Origin: Escherichia phage F2
DNA: 64,000 nucleotides
Sequence record: NC_054913.1
Reading direction: 5' to 3' (one strand)
This document shows positions 61,652 to 64,000 of this stretch, in pieces; position 1 is the first letter of the stretch, and each line of letters begins with the position of its first letter. The notes beneath the pieces are model-generated. The model worked only from the letters and a program-made list of their open reading frames with translations. It was not told the origin of the DNA and made no database searches. The position numbers and the translations under genes are program-made.

Positions 61652-62293
61652 TTATAATGCTTTTAAACTCTCTGTGAGAGCTTTAAATGCTTCATCAGCA
61701 CTGTTTTTGGTGATTTCCACCGAATTTTCTGATTCTGATATTTGTTTAGGAGTAACCCAAGCATCTGGAGCAGAAGGTCCCCATACGGCATCTACGCCGA
61801 CGGTTAATTTAAATCCTTCGTTCACGATACGGTACCCTTTATTGGTGTCGGTTAAAGAACCAAGACCACGAGAGGAAACACCTGGAATCCAACCGGCGCG
61901 TATATTAGCAGCTAATTTATCGCCGGGACCATGGTCGCCTTCAATAATTCTAGCACGTCCATATACATCGTTTCCTTTCCACCACATATCTTCAATAATG
62001 ATAGCGGCTTGCATAGGGTCAACATTTGCACGAGGTGGATGGTTTAATTCTCCAAGGGCTTGTTTGGTTTCGACTTGTTCTTTAATATAGTCACTTACTG
62101 CTTTTTCCAAAACACGTTTAGGATATAAACGTTTATTTCGGTTAACAACCTCTGCCTGAAGAAAAATACCTTCTATATAAAGCCCTGGTTTTAAGCCAGA
62201 ATCTTTTCCATCATGAGATTCCAACATTGGAACGCCATCAATAATCTCACCGGGTTGACCCCAAGTTTCAATAAGTAACTCGGGTTTATTCAT
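61652..62293 (-). CDS. 21: gp21 prohead protease
   Basis: 213 aa (T4 212); position between 68 and 22; recognised as T4 gp21-like. Confidence 0.92.
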   Translation of the reverse strand: MNKPELLIETWGQPGEIIDGVPMLESHDGKDSGLKPGLYIEGIFLQAEVVNRNKRLYPKRVLEKAVSDYIKEQVETKQALGELNHPPRANVDPMQAAIIIEDMWWKGNDVYGRARIIEGDHGPGDKLAANIRAGWIPGVSSRGLGSLTDTNKGYRIVNEGFKLTVGVDAVWGPSAPDAWVTPKQISESENSVEITKNSADEAFKALTESLKAL

Positions 62294-62718
62294 TAGCTTA
62301 ATCCTAATGCTTTACGACGTTTAAGAGCTTTTTTACGCTTACGCAAGCCTTTAACTTGGCCTGAAGGGTTAGCTTTTTTAGCTTTAACGACCTTACGAGC
62401 GATTTGTCTACGTTTTGCTTTAGAAAGACCAGTTGTTTGGAACGCGTTACGTTCACGAGTTTTACGGTCTTTAGTGCGAGTGACTTCACCACGAGAAGAA
62501 ACATGTTTAACGATAAACTCATTTAACTGTTCTTCATTAATAATGGAAGCCATTGCAACAGCTAAATCCGTTTCAGTTTCAAGCATGTTCTCGATAATAG
62601 TATTTATATCGTCAATATCGAGAGCAGAAGACAATGCATCGATTCGGCCCTGTGCTTCAGGAATAAGTGCTTCGACATTTTCGAGTACCAATTCATAAGA
62701 TTCAGGGATAAGATACAT
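62293..62718 (-). CDS. 68: gp68 prohead core protein
   Basis: 141 aa, same length as T4 gp68; synteny. Confidence 0.7.
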   Translation of the reverse strand: MYLIPESYELVLENVEALIPEAQGRIDALSSALDIDDINTIIENMLETETDLAVAMASIINEEQLNEFIVKHVSSRGEVTRTKDRKTRERNAFQTTGLSKAKRRQIARKVVKAKKANPSGQVKGLRKRKKALKRRKALGLS

Positions 62719-62953
62719 TATTCATCGTCCTCATCATCTTCGTCTTCGTCGTCATCGCCTTCATCAGCGTCGTCTTCCGAAGCTTTAGCTTTCTTTTCTT
62801 CTTCAGGTTCTTCGCCTTCAATCAAAAATTGAGAAGCGATTTCTGCTTTGCGTGCTTCAATCAAACGAACCGTTTTTTCTGCCATTGCACTTTCAAAAAA
62901 CTTTCGAGTAGCAACGAGGTCGTTTGATTTAATAGCTTGAATTAAATCGTCCA

Positions 62954-62954
<1 letters not shown>
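62718..62954 (-). CDS. 67: gp67 prohead core protein
   Basis: 78 aa with poly-acidic C-terminus; synteny. Confidence 0.7.

Positions 62955-64000
<1,046 letters not shown>

Overview
This window reads as a contiguous segment of a T4-like (T-even, Straboviridae) myovirus genome, in reverse orientation to the standard T4 map, running from ndd through gene 20. All calls are by eye from the translated ORFs, motifs and gene order; no database search was run. Gene order is ndd, 52, motA, asiA, then t/38/37/36/35/34 on the minus strand, then rnh, dsbA, 33, 59, 32, frd, td, nrdA, nrdB, denA, rnlA, alc, pseT, cd, 31, rIII, 30, alt, the baseplate block 54/48/29/28/27/51 (minus) and 26/25 (plus), uvsY, uvsW, inh, hoc, rnlB, and 24/23/22/21/68/67/20 (minus). 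The portal gene 20 runs off the window end. Early genes sit on the plus strand behind repeated GTTTAC...TAnTAT promoters, late genes mostly on the minus strand behind TATAAATA boxes, and most transcription units end in GC-stem TTCG-loop hairpins. The most notable departures from T4 are: (1) nrdA split into two ORFs by an inserted free-standing HNH endonuclease gene, (2) a full-length AroG-type DAHP synthase gene immediately upstream of cd, (3) a NADAR (YbiA-like) protein next to a HAD-like protein in the gene-30-proximal accessory cluster, (4) a second homing-endonuclease-like gene (GIY-YIG) between genes 24 and 23, (5) intronless td and nrdB with extra small ORFs flanking td, and (6) a long gp37 with a C-terminal His-box array and a 30-bp tandem repeat. 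No tRNA, rRNA or CRISPR array was recognised.
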